A stretch of 64,000 nt of DNA. Source: Marsupella aquatica (taxonomy: Eukaryota; Plantae; Marchantiophyta). Within the stretch, counting starts at the first letter, position 1. Each line of letters opens with the position of its first letter. Below are positions 23,741 to 36,600 of this stretch, in pieces. The stretch spans positions 18,138,457 through 18,202,456 of the forward strand of contig OZ316897.1 in the NCBI GenBank assembly GCA_973895155.1, given 5' to 3'. The translations under genes and the position numbers were made by a program. The notes under the pieces are model-generated. The model searched no databases. It saw only the letters and a program-made list of their open reading frames with translations, and had not been told where the DNA came from.

Positions 23741-26700
23741 TGTTGATAAAACTATCTAGCATGACTAAGATACCGGAACAGCCAACGGGAAGCACATAAG
23801 TACTCGGGGAAAGGGCAAGGAGTGCAGGGGGCGACAAAGAGGCGCCGCATAGTAGAAGAGCCCAAGAGAAGGGGCGAAAGCATCAGATGGATGCAACCTA
23901 GATCTAAAGGTAAGCAGCAAGGGACAGAAGACGACAACGAACAGAAAGTGGGCCCGTATACTGAAGGGGAAAACAAGGTACTGAAGATCGTAGTTTCCAA
24001 CACCCCCTCTCGATCTGAAGCCGCAGAAAACAAACGGGAGAGAGAGAGATGATGCAGGTCAGCGAGAGTACCACTGTAGGTATAGTGCGGGAGTGCAGTG
24101 TACACATATGATGAACCTAGATGAGAAGAGAGGACCTAGACCGAATGCCAAGGAAATCTCGATGCTTTTCAAAAATTTGCCGACAGACTTGTTTGGTGAA
24201 AATGTCAGCATGTTGGTCATCGGTGTTGATGTATTGTAAAGAGACTTCGCCTTCAAGAATCCTTTCACGTACAAAGTGGTGTTTGGCCTCAATGTGTTTG
24301 GTGCGAGCATGGAAGATCGGATTCAGAGCAAGTCGAATAGATCCTTGGTTATCGCAGTGTAAGTGTAGATCGTGAGAAGTAGGGATTGCAGCTTCGTGTA
24401 GGTCCTTGTGGATGGTGGCATTGTCGCATTGAACAGGAACGGTGACGTTGGAGGTATGTTGGAGCTCGCGAAGTAATCGACGTAGGTACACAGCTTCCTT
24501 AGTAGCCTCAGAGAGGGCCTTGTACTCAGCTTCGGTGGTGCTGTCCGAAATTGTGGGTTGTCGTTTGCTAGCCCAGGAGATAGGCCCAGAAGCCAGGGTG
24601 AAGACATAGCCAGCAGTAGAGCGCCGAGTATCGAGGCATCCAAGGTAGTCCGCATCAGTATATCCTGTGAGAAGAAGCTGAGAGGAGCGTTTGTAGTGGA
24701 TCCCATAGTCAAGTGTCTTCTTAACGTACCGAAGGATGTGCTTGGCAGCTTCCAAGTGCTGCAAGTGAGGTTGAGACATAAAACGAGCCACCATACCAAC
24801 TGAGTAGGATAGATCCGGTCGAGTGGTCGTAAGGAAGAGTAGTTTACCCACAAGGGTGCAATACTCTGAGCGGTCAACGGGAGCCGTGTTAGAGTTAGAT
24901 TGAGTGGCGAATCCTTCTGGTAGAGGCGTGTGGGCAGGCCTGCATTCAGTCATATTGTAATCACGAAGAATCTGTTCGGCATAGGTGTGCTGGTGAAGAA
25001 GCATACCGTTTGCAGTCTTGGTGAACTCCACACCGAGATATTTGCGGATTTCACCAAGATCCTTCATTTCGTACCGATTCTGAAGATTGAGCTTGATAGT
25101 GTCGATGAGTGCCAAATCATTGCCGGTAATAAGAAGGTCGTCCACGTAAAGGAGTAAGAGTACAATAGAGGACCCCTGAAATAAGTAATACAGGTTGGGG
25201 TCAGCATCGCTCCGAGTCCAACCTTGTTCGTGAAGGTACTTATCAATCTCTTGATACCATTCACGGGGGGATTGCTTCAGTCCATAGATGGATTTGTTGA
25301 GCCGGCAAACAAGGTGCTCCAATCCTTTACGAGCAAAGCCAGGCGGTTGTTGCATGAAAAGGAGCTCTTTAAGAGTCCCGTTAAGGAATGCAGTAACAAC
25401 GTCCATATGACTGATAGGCCAACCAGATGCAACAGCAAGAGCGATAACAGCACGAAGAGTTGACCAGCGAACGACGGGTGCAAAAGTGTCATTATAATCT
25501 ATGCCAGGTTGCTGTTCAAGACCCCTAGCAACAAGACGAGCTTTAAGACGTGCGCGCGTTGGATTATCGGCGTCATGGATAGGTTTAGATTTGTACAGCC
25601 ATTTTGATGAAATTGCACGTCTCCCCGGGGGTAACTCCACAAGGTCCCATGTCTCATTTTTAATCAAGCTGTCATATTCTTCCTGCATAGCACTGCACCA
25701 GCCAGGGTCTTGTATAGCATCACGGAAGGCAATAGTGTCACTAACAGGGTTAGCGGTTTCGATAATGCATAAGTCTACATCCTCCGGGATATGCATTTCA
25801 TAGTCCCCACTACGAGCCCAGGCTGGAAGCTGCCTGGCCCTTGACCCGCGGCGTTTTGGTAGCGGATTAATCTGAACATTTGGAGCAAGGGTGGAGTTAC
25901 AGGGCAGAGGAGGAGCCTCGTCGATGGTGGGGTCGACGTTGTGGACATGAGTCCCACCGTGATTGCCAAGGTCAGCAACGTCCTTGATGGTGTTGTCATT
26001 GGGGAGCTGGGTCCCATCAAGATTGCTAGGGGCATCGTGAGCAGCATGGTCAAGAACATGATGTTCGTCCCCTTCTGGCTCAGAAGGAGCCTCAGTTGCT
26101 GGGAGAAGGTCAAGAAAAATGTCTGACTGGGCAGGAGGAGCACGAAAATCTCCAGGGGAGTCTTCAATAAAGGTGACATTGGAGGAGATAAGGATCCGAC
26201 GAGAGAGGGGGTCAAAACAGCGGTAGCCTTTGGTGTTGAGGTCATAACCAATGAAGACAGAAGGGATAGCTCGCGAGCCAAATTTCCCATCGGACTTAGT
26301 AGGGAGGCGAACAAAAGCTGAGCAGCCAAGGACACGGAGGTGAGAGAGATCAGGCTTCATACCATAGAGAGCCTCAAAGGGCGTCGAGAGATGAAGGGCC
26401 CGAGTGGAACATCGATTGAGAACATAGGTGGCAGCTTTGACTGCCTCAGGCCAGAGGAAGCGAGGATATTTACCCTCAACATATATACTCCTGGCGGCCT
26501 CAAGTAAAGTGCGATTTTTGCGTTCAGCTACCCCATTTTGGTGGGGGGTACTAGGGGCAGTCAGTTGACGGCGAATCCCGTGGTGGCTGCAGAACTCAAT
26601 AAATTCTTGGGACAAGTATTCGCCACCTCGATCAGAGCGTAAACAGGAGAGCTTGGTGCCAAATTGATTTTCGGCAGCAGTTTTGAACGTCTTGAAGCAG

Positions 26701-28843
26701 CGGAAAGTCTCATGTTTGTGAGAGAGATAATAGACCCACGTAAAACGGGTAAAATCGTCGATGAAGGTCAAGATGTACTTGACGGGGGAGCTGGAGTGGA
26801 TGGGTCCGCAAAGATCAGAATGCACCAGATCCAAAACACGTGATGTGCGTCGAATGGAGTGCTTGGGGACATTGTCACGATGAGTTTTGCCGAGGATACA
26901 TGACGTACATTGCTTTTTCTGAAAGGAGAGCAAGGGAACACCAGTAACGAGGTGTCGGGCAGTCATGTGATGTGCAGTTTGAAAGTTGAGATGAGCCAGA
27001 CGCCGGTGCCATAAGTCGACAATGTCAGTCTCCACATTGGTGATGGTATTCGCTTCATGTGTCAAACAAGGCGGAGGATAAGAGCCGGAGGACGACAGTT
27101 GATACAAACTGTTCCGCGGTGATCGAGATGCCTGGAGAAAGACGGATGATGGGTTGTCTTTGTCAAACACTAAGCAAGACTTAGAGTCAAACAAAATAAG
27201 ATGACCAGCATCGGCAAGTTTGCCCACAGACATAAGATTTTTGTGAACACCAGGCACGTAAAGAACATTGTTGATAGCTTTATTGTCAACATGAGCAGTG
27301 CCATTGCTAGCAATGGGCAAAGTGTTACCGCTAGCAGTGGTTACACCAGGACCAGAAGGGCCAGCCTGCTGGAAAGTCTCTAATGTTGAGCGATGTCCAG
27401 TGATGTGATTGCTAGCACCGGAGTCCATGTACCAATCTTGAGAGGTGTTTCTGAATTCGGTAAGGTTGGCAGCAATCTCTTCCTCGTGCATCTCTGGAAA
27501 TGGATCAAAATCCTCAGGGTCTGGAGTGAACTCCGTGAGGTGTGCCTGGGGTTTGATTCGACGAAGGTTCCCTGCACGAATCATCAGCTGGGAGATTTGA
27601 TCATCCAGCTTCTTCAGGTCGCACTCAACTTCCCAATGGCCAGATTTGCTGCAGTAGTTGCACGAGCCAGTCGTGCGACGTGGAACAGGAGCAGGCGGGT
27701 GACAGCGGTTGTCAGCAATGGATCCACGGTAGTCCCCTGGGCGAGAGGGTCGGTGAGAGACACGGCCTCTGACAGCAGGTCGAGAAAAGCGAGCGAGAAG
27801 GGCTTCTTCAGCAACTTCCTCTCGTTTCCCTTTCCTCCAGAAAGCCTCAGCCTGCATACGTTCCACAAGGGAGGAGAACTTGGGTGTATGGGTTCTAGAT
27901 AAATCAGCGCCAAAGCTGGATACAAAGGGACCCCAGCTATGTGGTAACCCGCCTAGAACAATGTGAATGAGACGGGAGTTGTCAACAGTGGCATTAATCG
28001 TGGAGAGTTGGGAAGTGATGCTTTCTACTTCCCTGAGGTAGTCTTCGATGTTACTGCCTTCAGTCATCTTGACTTTATGCAGCTTCTGTTCGAGGAGAAG
28101 TCTGCGTTGGAGAAGGTCACCTCGAAAGCGCTGCTTGAAGTGCTGCCAGCAGGCAACAGGATCGTTGCCATATGAAGCAACGACATGGAGGAACTTGGTC
28201 TTGACGGTGGCCATCAGAATGGACTTGGCCTTGATGATCTTCTTCTTGCGTTCCTTGGGAGTGAGGACAATCTCATCCTCTACTGTAGCAACGTTGGTTG
28301 TGTCAGTGTTGTCGCTGTCTTCGTCAGCGAACTTCAGTTCATCCCATACCTCGTCTCGCTCGAGCAGGGTCTGGACTTGTAAGCTCCACGTGATGTGGTT
28401 GCTTTCTCCATCTAGCTTGTCAGCTTCACTGAATATTCTAGCTAGGTCCATGGCTAGATCACGTTGGGAACTCTCACCAACTGAAATAGACGGAGGGACA
28501 GGTCGCTCAAACTCAGAGAACTCTCATCTAAGTGTAGCGTTGGATCTTAGTCATGGGAGAGCTAACCTTGCTCTGATACCATGTTGATAAAACTATCTAG
28601 CATGACTAAGATACCGGAACAGCCAACGGGAAGCACATAAGTACTCGGGGAAAGGGCAAGGAGTGCAGGGGGCGACAAAGAGGCGCCGCATAGTAGAAGA
28701 GCCCAAGAGAAGGGGCGAAAGCATCAGATGGATGCAACCTAGATCTAAAGGTAAGCAGCAAGGGACAGAAGACGACAACGAACAGAAAGTGGGCCCGTAT
28801 ACTGAAGGGGAAAACAAGGTACTGAAGATCGTAGTTTCCAACA
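23741..28843 (-). mobile_element. Intact Ty1/Copia LTR retrotransposon (Copia-2)
   Basis: 262-bp LTRs at 23741-24002 and 28582-28843, identical by eye. TSD TAGAC at 23736-23740 and 28844-28848. PBS TGGTATCAGAGC at 28570-28581. PPT AGAGGGGG at 24003-24010. Confidence 0.97.
24117..28451 (-). CDS. Copia-2 gag-pol polyprotein (1444 aa, uninterrupted)
   Basis: CNYCSKSGHWEVEC; WYMDSGAS; integrase HHCC, HSDLCGP, SDRGGEY, QNGVAERKN; RT YGLKQSPR and LYVDD; RNase H YTDADY...EAEY...CDN...ADIFTK. Confidence 0.97.
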   Translation of the reverse strand: MDLARIFSEADKLDGESNHITWSLQVQTLLERDEVWDELKFADEDSDNTDTTNVATVEDEIVLTPKERKKKIIKAKSILMATVKTKFLHVVASYGNDPVACWQHFKQRFRGDLLQRRLLLEQKLHKVKMTEGSNIEDYLREVESITSQLSTINATVDNSRLIHIVLGGLPHSWGPFVSSFGADLSRTHTPKFSSLVERMQAEAFWRKGKREEVAEEALLARFSRPAVRGRVSHRPSRPGDYRGSIADNRCHPPAPVPRRTTGSCNYCSKSGHWEVECDLKKLDDQISQLMIRAGNLRRIKPQAHLTEFTPDPEDFDPFPEMHEEEIAANLTEFRNTSQDWYMDSGASNHITGHRSTLETFQQAGPSGPGVTTASGNTLPIASNGTAHVDNKAINNVLYVPGVHKNLMSVGKLADAGHLILFDSKSCLVFDKDNPSSVFLQASRSPRNSLYQLSSSGSYPPPCLTHEANTITNVETDIVDLWHRRLAHLNFQTAHHMTARHLVTGVPLLSFQKKQCTSCILGKTHRDNVPKHSIRRTSRVLDLVHSDLCGPIHSSSPVKYILTFIDDFTRFTWVYYLSHKHETFRCFKTFKTAAENQFGTKLSCLRSDRGGEYLSQEFIEFCSHHGIRRQLTAPSTPHQNGVAERKNRTLLEAARSIYVEGKYPRFLWPEAVKAATYVLNRCSTRALHLSTPFEALYGMKPDLSHLRVLGCSAFVRLPTKSDGKFGSRAIPSVFIGYDLNTKGYRCFDPLSRRILISSNVTFIEDSPGDFRAPPAQSDIFLDLLPATEAPSEPEGDEHHVLDHAAHDAPSNLDGTQLPNDNTIKDVADLGNHGGTHVHNVDPTIDEAPPLPCNSTLAPNVQINPLPKRRGSRARQLPAWARSGDYEMHIPEDVDLCIIETANPVSDTIAFRDAIQDPGWCSAMQEEYDSLIKNETWDLVELPPGRRAISSKWLYKSKPIHDADNPTRARLKARLVARGLEQQPGIDYNDTFAPVVRWSTLRAVIALAVASGWPISHMDVVTAFLNGTLKELLFMQQPPGFARKGLEHLVCRLNKSIYGLKQSPREWYQEIDKYLHEQGWTRSDADPNLYYLFQGSSIVLLLLYVDDLLITGNDLALIDTIKLNLQNRYEMKDLGEIRKYLGVEFTKTANGMLLHQHTYAEQILRDYNMTECRPAHTPLPEGFATQSNSNTAPVDRSEYCTLVGKLLFLTTTRPDLSYSVGMVARFMSQPHLQHLEAAKHILRYVKKTLDYGIHYKRSSQLLLTGYTDADYLGCLDTRRSTAGYVFTLASGPISWASKRQPTISDSTTEAEYKALSEATKEAVYLRRLLRELQHTSNVTVPVQCDNATIHKDLHEAAIPTSHDLHLHCDNQGSIRLALNPIFHARTKHIEAKHHFVRERILEGEVSLQYINTDDQHADIFTKQVCRQIFEKHRDFLGIRSRSSLLI

Positions 28844-29063
28844 TAGACTAGCACGTACTGCAGAGAATCGTCGACGGAGCATGGCAATCCAGTCGCCAAT
28901 GAGGAAATGGTTGAGCGGGCAGCTGACCAGACGGATTGGACTGGCCTCTCGAGTCAGCTAGGCTGCTTACATACAGACCGCGAAATCAGGCATAACTCAC
29001 TGATCGAAACCATTCCGTATTTTTTCACACTACATGGAAAATCTTTCATTACTTTTTGTCTCT

Positions 29064-29139
29064 ACAGAAGGACCGCAATTAATCCGGGATTGATTATTAC
29101 GACAGAAGGACCGCAATTCATCCGGGATTGATTATTACG
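29064..29139. repeat. 38-bp tandem duplication
   Basis: ACAGAAGGACCGCAATT(A/C)ATCCGGGATTGATTATTACG twice. Confidence 0.9.
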
Positions 29140-32100
29140 GTGTTCGCGCTTTCCTCCTTGAAAATCCGTTTCGAACTCCATCAAAAACAACAGGATTCAG
29201 GAACGGGGCAGCCCACAGCACGTGTGGAACGAAGCCAAGGAGGACCAGAGGTCAGTGTACAGGAAAACATTTGAGGCAAGAAACAAGGTGCCAAAGCATT
29301 GAACTACTGTCCATGGTAGACCGGAAAACCCCCAATTACAGCACAGGTACTTCGATCAGTTGTGCAAATTGTGTCGAGATCCTTATCGGTAGATTGGCCT
29401 CTGATTTGCAAAATGGATAGGTACCTAGCCATAGCGTTCGACGACTGTTAGCCAAATCCCAACTAGGAAGAAAGAAGTGCAACAAAGCTGTATTGAAACA
29501 AGCAACGAATGCCAGTCATGTACAAGCGACCAGACAAGTGTATGGCACAGGGATGTAACTTTTGCATCATATTTGACGGAAAATCACGTCACGGAAGAAT
29601 CTACGAATATATATTTTAAAACTTCCTAACCATTTCCAAGACTCTCCTGTTCTATTTATGTGTATTCTGTCCAACACCAATATATAACAAAGAATGTTGA
29701 ATTCTCGACCCATGTACTGGAATTCCTATCCAAGCTTCCACATGGTGAAGCTAGAACAGAAAGCTAACCGAGTCATTGTACGACAATATACAGGGTTCTC
29801 CAGTGGAACTTCCCAGTTGTCGATCGCTGTAGTCATCCTAATTACCGCAATATTCGGAGTTGGGTATGATCATCCACGACTAGACAGGCCCACGAGCTCC
29901 TCTTCATAAAATGCTCCTACATTACGGGTGAAGAATCACCACAAGCTGCAGCCTCTTATAGGAATATGCGTATGCACCGTCACTGATTGGATGAAATATT
30001 GTATATGATTATTTGGGGGTTGTGGATTCTTCCCGCCCCCCCCCCCCCCCCTCTCCCCACCCCCTACCCTCTCTTTGGGCTCATGGCCGTTTCTGTTTGT
30101 CAAGACACCTCACGTATTGCACTAGTACTCATCACCGAATCAATGTTAATATCAAACTCGATTCAACTGGATAATGGCAGCAACTTGTCTCCATCTTATG
30201 TGAACTTCATCAATCAAAGTCCCTAAAAACCGGATGAGTTCACCAGTAGAACAACAGGAAGTATCAATTGTTGGGAAAAATGATGCAATGAACGAGACCT
30301 GGTAATGAATGTCTGCAATCAAGTTTTGCTGCTCATTCTTGATGATAAAAGCTATTTGAGGCTGAGATGATGCAAGCATTATCCCGCTGCTTACGTCACC
30401 GAAAATCCATTTACATTTTGACAGGATCGAGGGTGATGTAGCCAACAAGATAGCAAGGAAATCGAGACCAAGCATGGGGCGGCGTTGATTCCAAGGAGCA
30501 GGGTTCACTCCATTTGCTAGTTTTCAGTCAGGTGAGTAAAGCGTGATGTTTCATGGGGGTCCACGAGAGTTGTGCCTGTCAGCGGAATGGAAGAATTTTG
30601 CAAACATCGAGGTTCATGGAGGCTTTTTCACCGATTATCTTAAATGGTAGGGTATTTGTAAATGTGGGAGAAAAACTCGAGAACGTTTACCATCATTTGA
30701 ACGCCTAATTTTGACCTGGGATTCTTGCCGAGTGCAAACTGTCAGATTCCATTCAACTGTCCAAGTTTACTCTATAAAATCCGATCCCGCCGAAGGCTGC
30801 CCATGGTCCCCACGCAGACAAGTGTTTAGGGTGGGAACCACTCCAGACCATTAAATTGGTTCAGAAAATCCTCTTTTAGGACCTCAGATTACCGAAAGGG
30901 CAGGAGAAAACAATGAAAATCACCCTTGATAAGTCTTACAAGGTAGTGAAACAAGCCACCCTTGTCAAGACAGGCTCGAAGACAGGTCACGTACAGTATT
31001 TCACAATCAACAAACTCGGTTCGATTGGATAATGTCAGCTTTCTAATCTCAATGCTTGATTACCTTGTGTTATTTTTCAGCGGGAAAGGACCAATTTACT
31101 AGAAAGGGCCAAACAAACTACAATGGAGAAATGATTCTGCCAAACAGTCCACTGCCTACTTCGCAATCGTAGTCCAGTAGTATTTTGTTTTTGACAATGG
31201 TGTAAGCTGCTCCAATACATTAAATCAGTCAGAGGACATGTAACTTGACCCTCAATCATGTATTTGAAAACCAGAACACAACTCGAGAGTGATTAAGTTT
31301 TCTGACTGGAACCGACCCAGAAGGGACCATTGCAGTAGCATCTTGTCCTGTAAAGATTGGTCTAGACACTATAATTTCTTCAGCTACCGTCTGCTCGATA
31401 TTACTAGCAATTCTCCATTCGGATTGCAGTTTTAAAAACACGTGTTAGCTTCAGGAAACTTTTAACTTGAGGACGTGTCCCTTCACAGTCAATCGTCTAT
31501 TTAAAAGATCCCAGGACACAACCCCGGAAAGAAGCTGGGCAACTCACGGCACACGGCATCACACGTTTTTAGAATAGAATCTGTGAAACTGATCTGAACT
31601 CGTTCTTCACTATAGAAGAATGTTACTGTGCCCTAAACTCCGGAACATATTCCTGGAAGTACCCCAGGGAGTTTCACTCCCAGTTCGACATTCAGACATC
31701 TGAAAATAGAATCAACACGGACAACATGTTGGCTAAAGTAGATGAGAATAATATCTCAAAGATGTTTCCATCATGAAGAATTCATGTAAAGAGGACCACT
31801 TTTGGTAACATTGTTTCGGCCGGGTAGCTATACACAATACCTTCATTTACATCACGCGCAACTTGGGTTACATATCGCCTCCGTGATACAATGGGATCAG
31901 AAACATGAGTCCTGTGTCCACCGCGTTCCACATGAATTCAATTTCAAATGCCCCTCCTGGACTAGGACCAAACAACACTGCCAAGTCTTTCGTTTTTGAA
32001 CCAAATTTTGCATCTGTCACAATAACAGTCAGTCAGCTTGGCATAATTAACTCCGTATAGCTTCAAGATGAATATCAATCACTAGAAAGTAACCACTGTT

Positions 32101-33636
32101 ACAAGGTTGATACATTGGATATCGAGTGCATATTCCAGCCATTCTTGTACTGCACCAAGATAAAGTACGGACTCCAAAAATGAACTGTCGGAAGCAGGTC
32201 CATCCAATCAACATCTTTTTACTACTTGAGATGAGGATGTTGGCGGATAACTTCGGTTGTTTAAGATGCTCCAAGAATAAAGTGAAGAGCAATCAAGACA
32301 AAGCTAGCAAGTCCTTTACCCATTCCTCAGGTATCACAATCGGGACACCCGAAAGGTCATACTCCTTATGAGAAAGGTAGATGCCCAGTACGGACTTCTC
32401 TGCTACAACGTTCAAAACCATAGCTGTGTACGTCACTCGTGTGGCTACCCTTCCAGATTTTCCCTAAGAGATATCATTGCCATCCAAACAAGTGAATGGA
32501 CATGAGGTTAGAACCAAGATCAGAAAACAGAATAAATTTTCCCCGTTTCCAACAAGAATTCCAAACCCATGATCGTAATGATATTAGACTAGATAATTTC
32601 AGCTTGTTAATATCTGTGTACAAACTCCTCACCCGATTCATGATTTAACGGCATCTGAGTATCACACAACTCCAGTTCTCAAAATTGTTGAGACAGAAAG
32701 AGTTTCAACGCTGTAACCAATGAACTATAAGGAGATGGCAAGGGGTAATCGAAATCACAAATATGCTGTAACATTCTCGTGAAGTTGACAACCAGTTACC
32801 TGGCCTGCGTGTGTAACATGCGATTAAAATGTAGACCAAAAGGGTGTACACGTTTGTAACTTCTCCAGCTACCGTCTGCTCAGTATTCAAACAAAAGAAT
32901 TTAACTAATCTGCGTCGGTGTTTTCTAGAAAAGTTACCTCTACCAGATGGAAGGCAAGGCTACAGGGCTACTTCTAGAGTTTCTGGCCAGTGCTTGGAAT
33001 TGTTTCGGACTTGAGAAAAGCTACGGAAGTTTCCGTAGCTTTTCTTCGTCTTCTCTTTTGTTCGTTCTTAGCTGTTGTTGTTCATCGTTCTTTGATTCTG
33101 GATTTGGCAGCATAAGGACATCTTCTCACCTTCTGGACAGCCCCAAACCTGGAAATAATTCTTCAAATGAGAGGTACTGCAGTGACAAGTCATGAATCGT
33201 GAGGTTCATGTGAGACAAAAAGTTGTCTATCCATGTCAGCAGGAGGAATCGTTACGACTTATTGGCCATCACTACAGCATTCGAGCAACCTGCATAAGGT
33301 TGGATCGCGCAGACAGACTTGAAGACATTTGATAGGTAACAAAAGTAGGTTGTTTCCCGTACATATCAAAGACGAGTTTCATGAGTACCTGCTTCACAAT
33401 TGCCGAATTGTTTATCACAGAACCGCTGTCCGGTGAACGGCGTGTCAAGGGCACCACACCTGCTTCAGCATGCAGGGTCGATAAATGTAGCGGACTGGTC
33501 GAAAGCTGGAGCAGGGTACACAATCGATTGTTGTAGATGCACGTATGCCTAATTGCGTCCCAACAATTCACAACTCTGATGAATCTTCCATTGGTCTCGT
33601 AAAACAAAAATATTTTGACCTTCTCCTCTATCTTTT

Positions 33637-36600
33637 TCAATGAGTTGCAGAGAGCAAAATTTGCTGATTGAGTCCCTTCTTAAAGTGCCTGTCACACACC
33701 CAACCAATCCTTTTTTCATGGCCTGGTTCTGTATTGTAGACTACTTTGCGCAGCTGGAAGTCATTCCAAAAGCTTGAGCCATCATCCAGTTTAAGGATCT
33801 CCTTGACGCCTTGCGTGTGGGGATCAACCTTCCAATACCTCTCCAGCGCCTTCAAGATGTGTTCTTCTGAAACTGGGCCGCGGGGACGGCCAGGGTTCAT
33901 CATCTCGTGCACCATTTCGCCATCTAGGGTGGGCATTTCAGGGACGGTGAACAAGCTCTGGATCCAGTCGTCTACCTGTGGCACTGCACCAACCATGCTC
34001 ACACCGGCCCACAGGAGAGACACGGCAAGCTTTGCTATAGGTATGTTATAACCACCGGCCCTGGCATTCAACTTCACTGTCCTCCCCGGCTGGCCTTCCA
34101 CTTTGTGTGATCCGTCTTTGTGGTCGCAGAGAAGATGAAGCTTGATAGGGATAACCTTGGTCAAGTTGAGGCGGGTTTCCAATCTCCTGAGTATACCAAC
34201 GTCTTCTATTGACGGATAGAAGAGCGTGGGTAATTGACCAGTACTGCTTGACACTGAAGCTGTGAAGTTCGAAACCAAGGAGACCAGACTCACTTGACCT
34301 TTGCTACTCATCTTTTCATACGAACCCTTTCCCTCCAGCAAGTCAAGAGCCCGGTCAGTATCGCTGACATCTTCTATTCTTTGGCTCCATGTATATTGAT
34401 AGCCATTGTCCTCGTCTAACATTTTTTTCAGGTCCGAGACCAGAACAGAGTGCGCTTTCCTAGCTATGCACAAGTGAAGCTGCTTTACACACACTGGCCT
34501 TATTACAGATTCAACAAGCTCCACTCCTTGGCATCCCTGAGGCGAAGCACAAAAAGTGCGGATTGTCTCCACCACGTGTTTTTGTACAAAATCTCTAGCC
34601 TTTGTGAAGGGTTCAGATGATGCGACTAGTATATCTATGAAATCATCAGTGTCACCAGCATATTCCACACACACCTCAACACCATTTTCCGCAAAGCATA
34701 TGAGATTTCTTCCAACTTCAAAGCCAAGATTCCTCTTCCAACCCTTTCCATGTATGTAATTCCCCAAGTGAACCTACAGATAGCAAGCCATGATTTTAAG
34801 AAGAAAGCAATAGGTTTTGTTTTAAATCACAAAACATATTGCATGTTGAAATATTGAATGCGGATGGACCAAAAAAAAACCATATTGGCAATGTTGAGAG
34901 TGATAATCCGATTGCCAACATATGATTTTCAAGAGACAAAATGGTTTGAAATGAGTTCAAAGCTTCCAGAATTACCTGCAACCTTGGGAAAAATCCAGGC
35001 GTCAAAAATGTGGTGGACCTATTTTCACATTCAAGGCGACGGCCAAAATATTCCAAGGGCCCTTCCTGTTGTACTTTCCATTGCAGTGACCGCTCGCCCT
35101 TGGCAGCAGTCTCCTTCTCATCATCGAAAAGGGCTGGCATGAACAACGAAGAATCCATTTTTTCTGGATCTTCTTGGGTATTCTGAAAGCACATTTCCAA
35201 GTGGATCATCAAATTTATCAACCTCTCTGGTGGGATACTTTGCTTGAGATCCATGCTCTGTAAGGACTGCTCCAGATGTTCTTTCATGTCTTGCTTCTCC
35301 ACAAAGCCCTGGCGATGGTAAAGCTCAAAAGACTCGGGGTGACTCCAGAAAGCACTAATGCATGTGGAAGCCTCTCTTTGGGTCTGGTCTGCTCCTTTGA
35401 ATGCATTTATCAATGAACCCAAAACATCGATCCCGAACCAACTCGGGTTGGTCACAATGAAATCAGTTTTCTTGGAAAATATGATTTCTCCTAAATCATT
35501 CAAATAAGCCAACACAATCTTCCAGCCGTCCTCTGAAAGCTGATCAAATTCTAGCTCTTCTCTACACAACTTGTAATACTCCTCTAGGCTCAGAACAGGT
35601 TTCAAGGGATTTCTTTTGGACCAGCCTTCCAAAAGATTACGAACTTGCTCACACACGACATATTCTTTTTGTTGTGTCAAGATCTGTTCTAAGTTGTTAC
35701 TACTTGCAGTGAGCAGGCGCTGCACATCTCCAGCAGAGTGAGCATTCACAACCTCAACAACCTCACACAAATTGAGGACATCCTTGAACATTTTTTTCAA
35801 GTCACGTACCACATGCTCTGCTCTGGAAATGGAAGTCCTTTGCCCTAGAGAGTCGAGGGTATCTGTCTTGGTTAGAACAAATTTTACTCGAGGCAGTTGA
35901 CTCCCTCCACCTTGTTTGGAATTGGACGCCAAAAATCTCATCCAATACTCACACTCACCTCTAATAGCGCTTTCATCCTTAATTTTGCCTTTTGGATCTG
36001 CATCATCTGGAAGACATCGGCAACTACAGACGTACAGAAAATATGAATTCTTGAAATCAGGGAACACGTAGTCATGAAGGGCGTAGTATTCCTTTTGCCC
36101 AGCGAAGTCCCAAATGGACTTCAAATATGGCTGTTTCTCCAGAGCTACTACCTGAAATCCTCTTGTTCGGGCTGTCAATTCTTTGGGCGCATTGCTCCCA
36201 AGCAAGATTTGTTGCAGACAAGGGTACAATCGCATCAGCCTCTTCCACCACATTTGGAGGGGGTGAGTGTAGGAAGTGCCATGCTCTATGCGCTTCATGG
36301 TCTTGGAAATTTCTGTTTTTCCTGCCATTCAAACCAACAGACCTAGCGTTACACCACATTGAGCACATAAGTTTCAATTCTATTTAACTCTATTCAATAA
36401 AAATGTGTTTTATTTTGTTTACTTTTAGTACTTTAAATATTCACTTTTTAATACTAAATTGTACATTATAATGTAGTACTCTACAACTAAATGGTCAATT
36501 TGAAATTTGAGGGTGCAAAAAGTATTTTTACTAGAAGTAATCTAGTCCTCACTTTTTAATATCAAACTATACATTATAGTATAATACTCTACACCTAAAT

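Noticed and set aside
23752-28899. Duplicated short ORFs in the Copia-2 LTRs and antisense ORFs within pol (e.g. 27393-27902, 28048-28587)
   Set aside because: Explained by LTR identity and by shadowing of the long ORF; no motifs, unlike the non-overlapping 17863-18468 ORF.
30032-30065. Poly-C tract (and poly-G near 61797-61817) as G-quadruplex signals
   Set aside because: Simple homopolymers with no supporting context.
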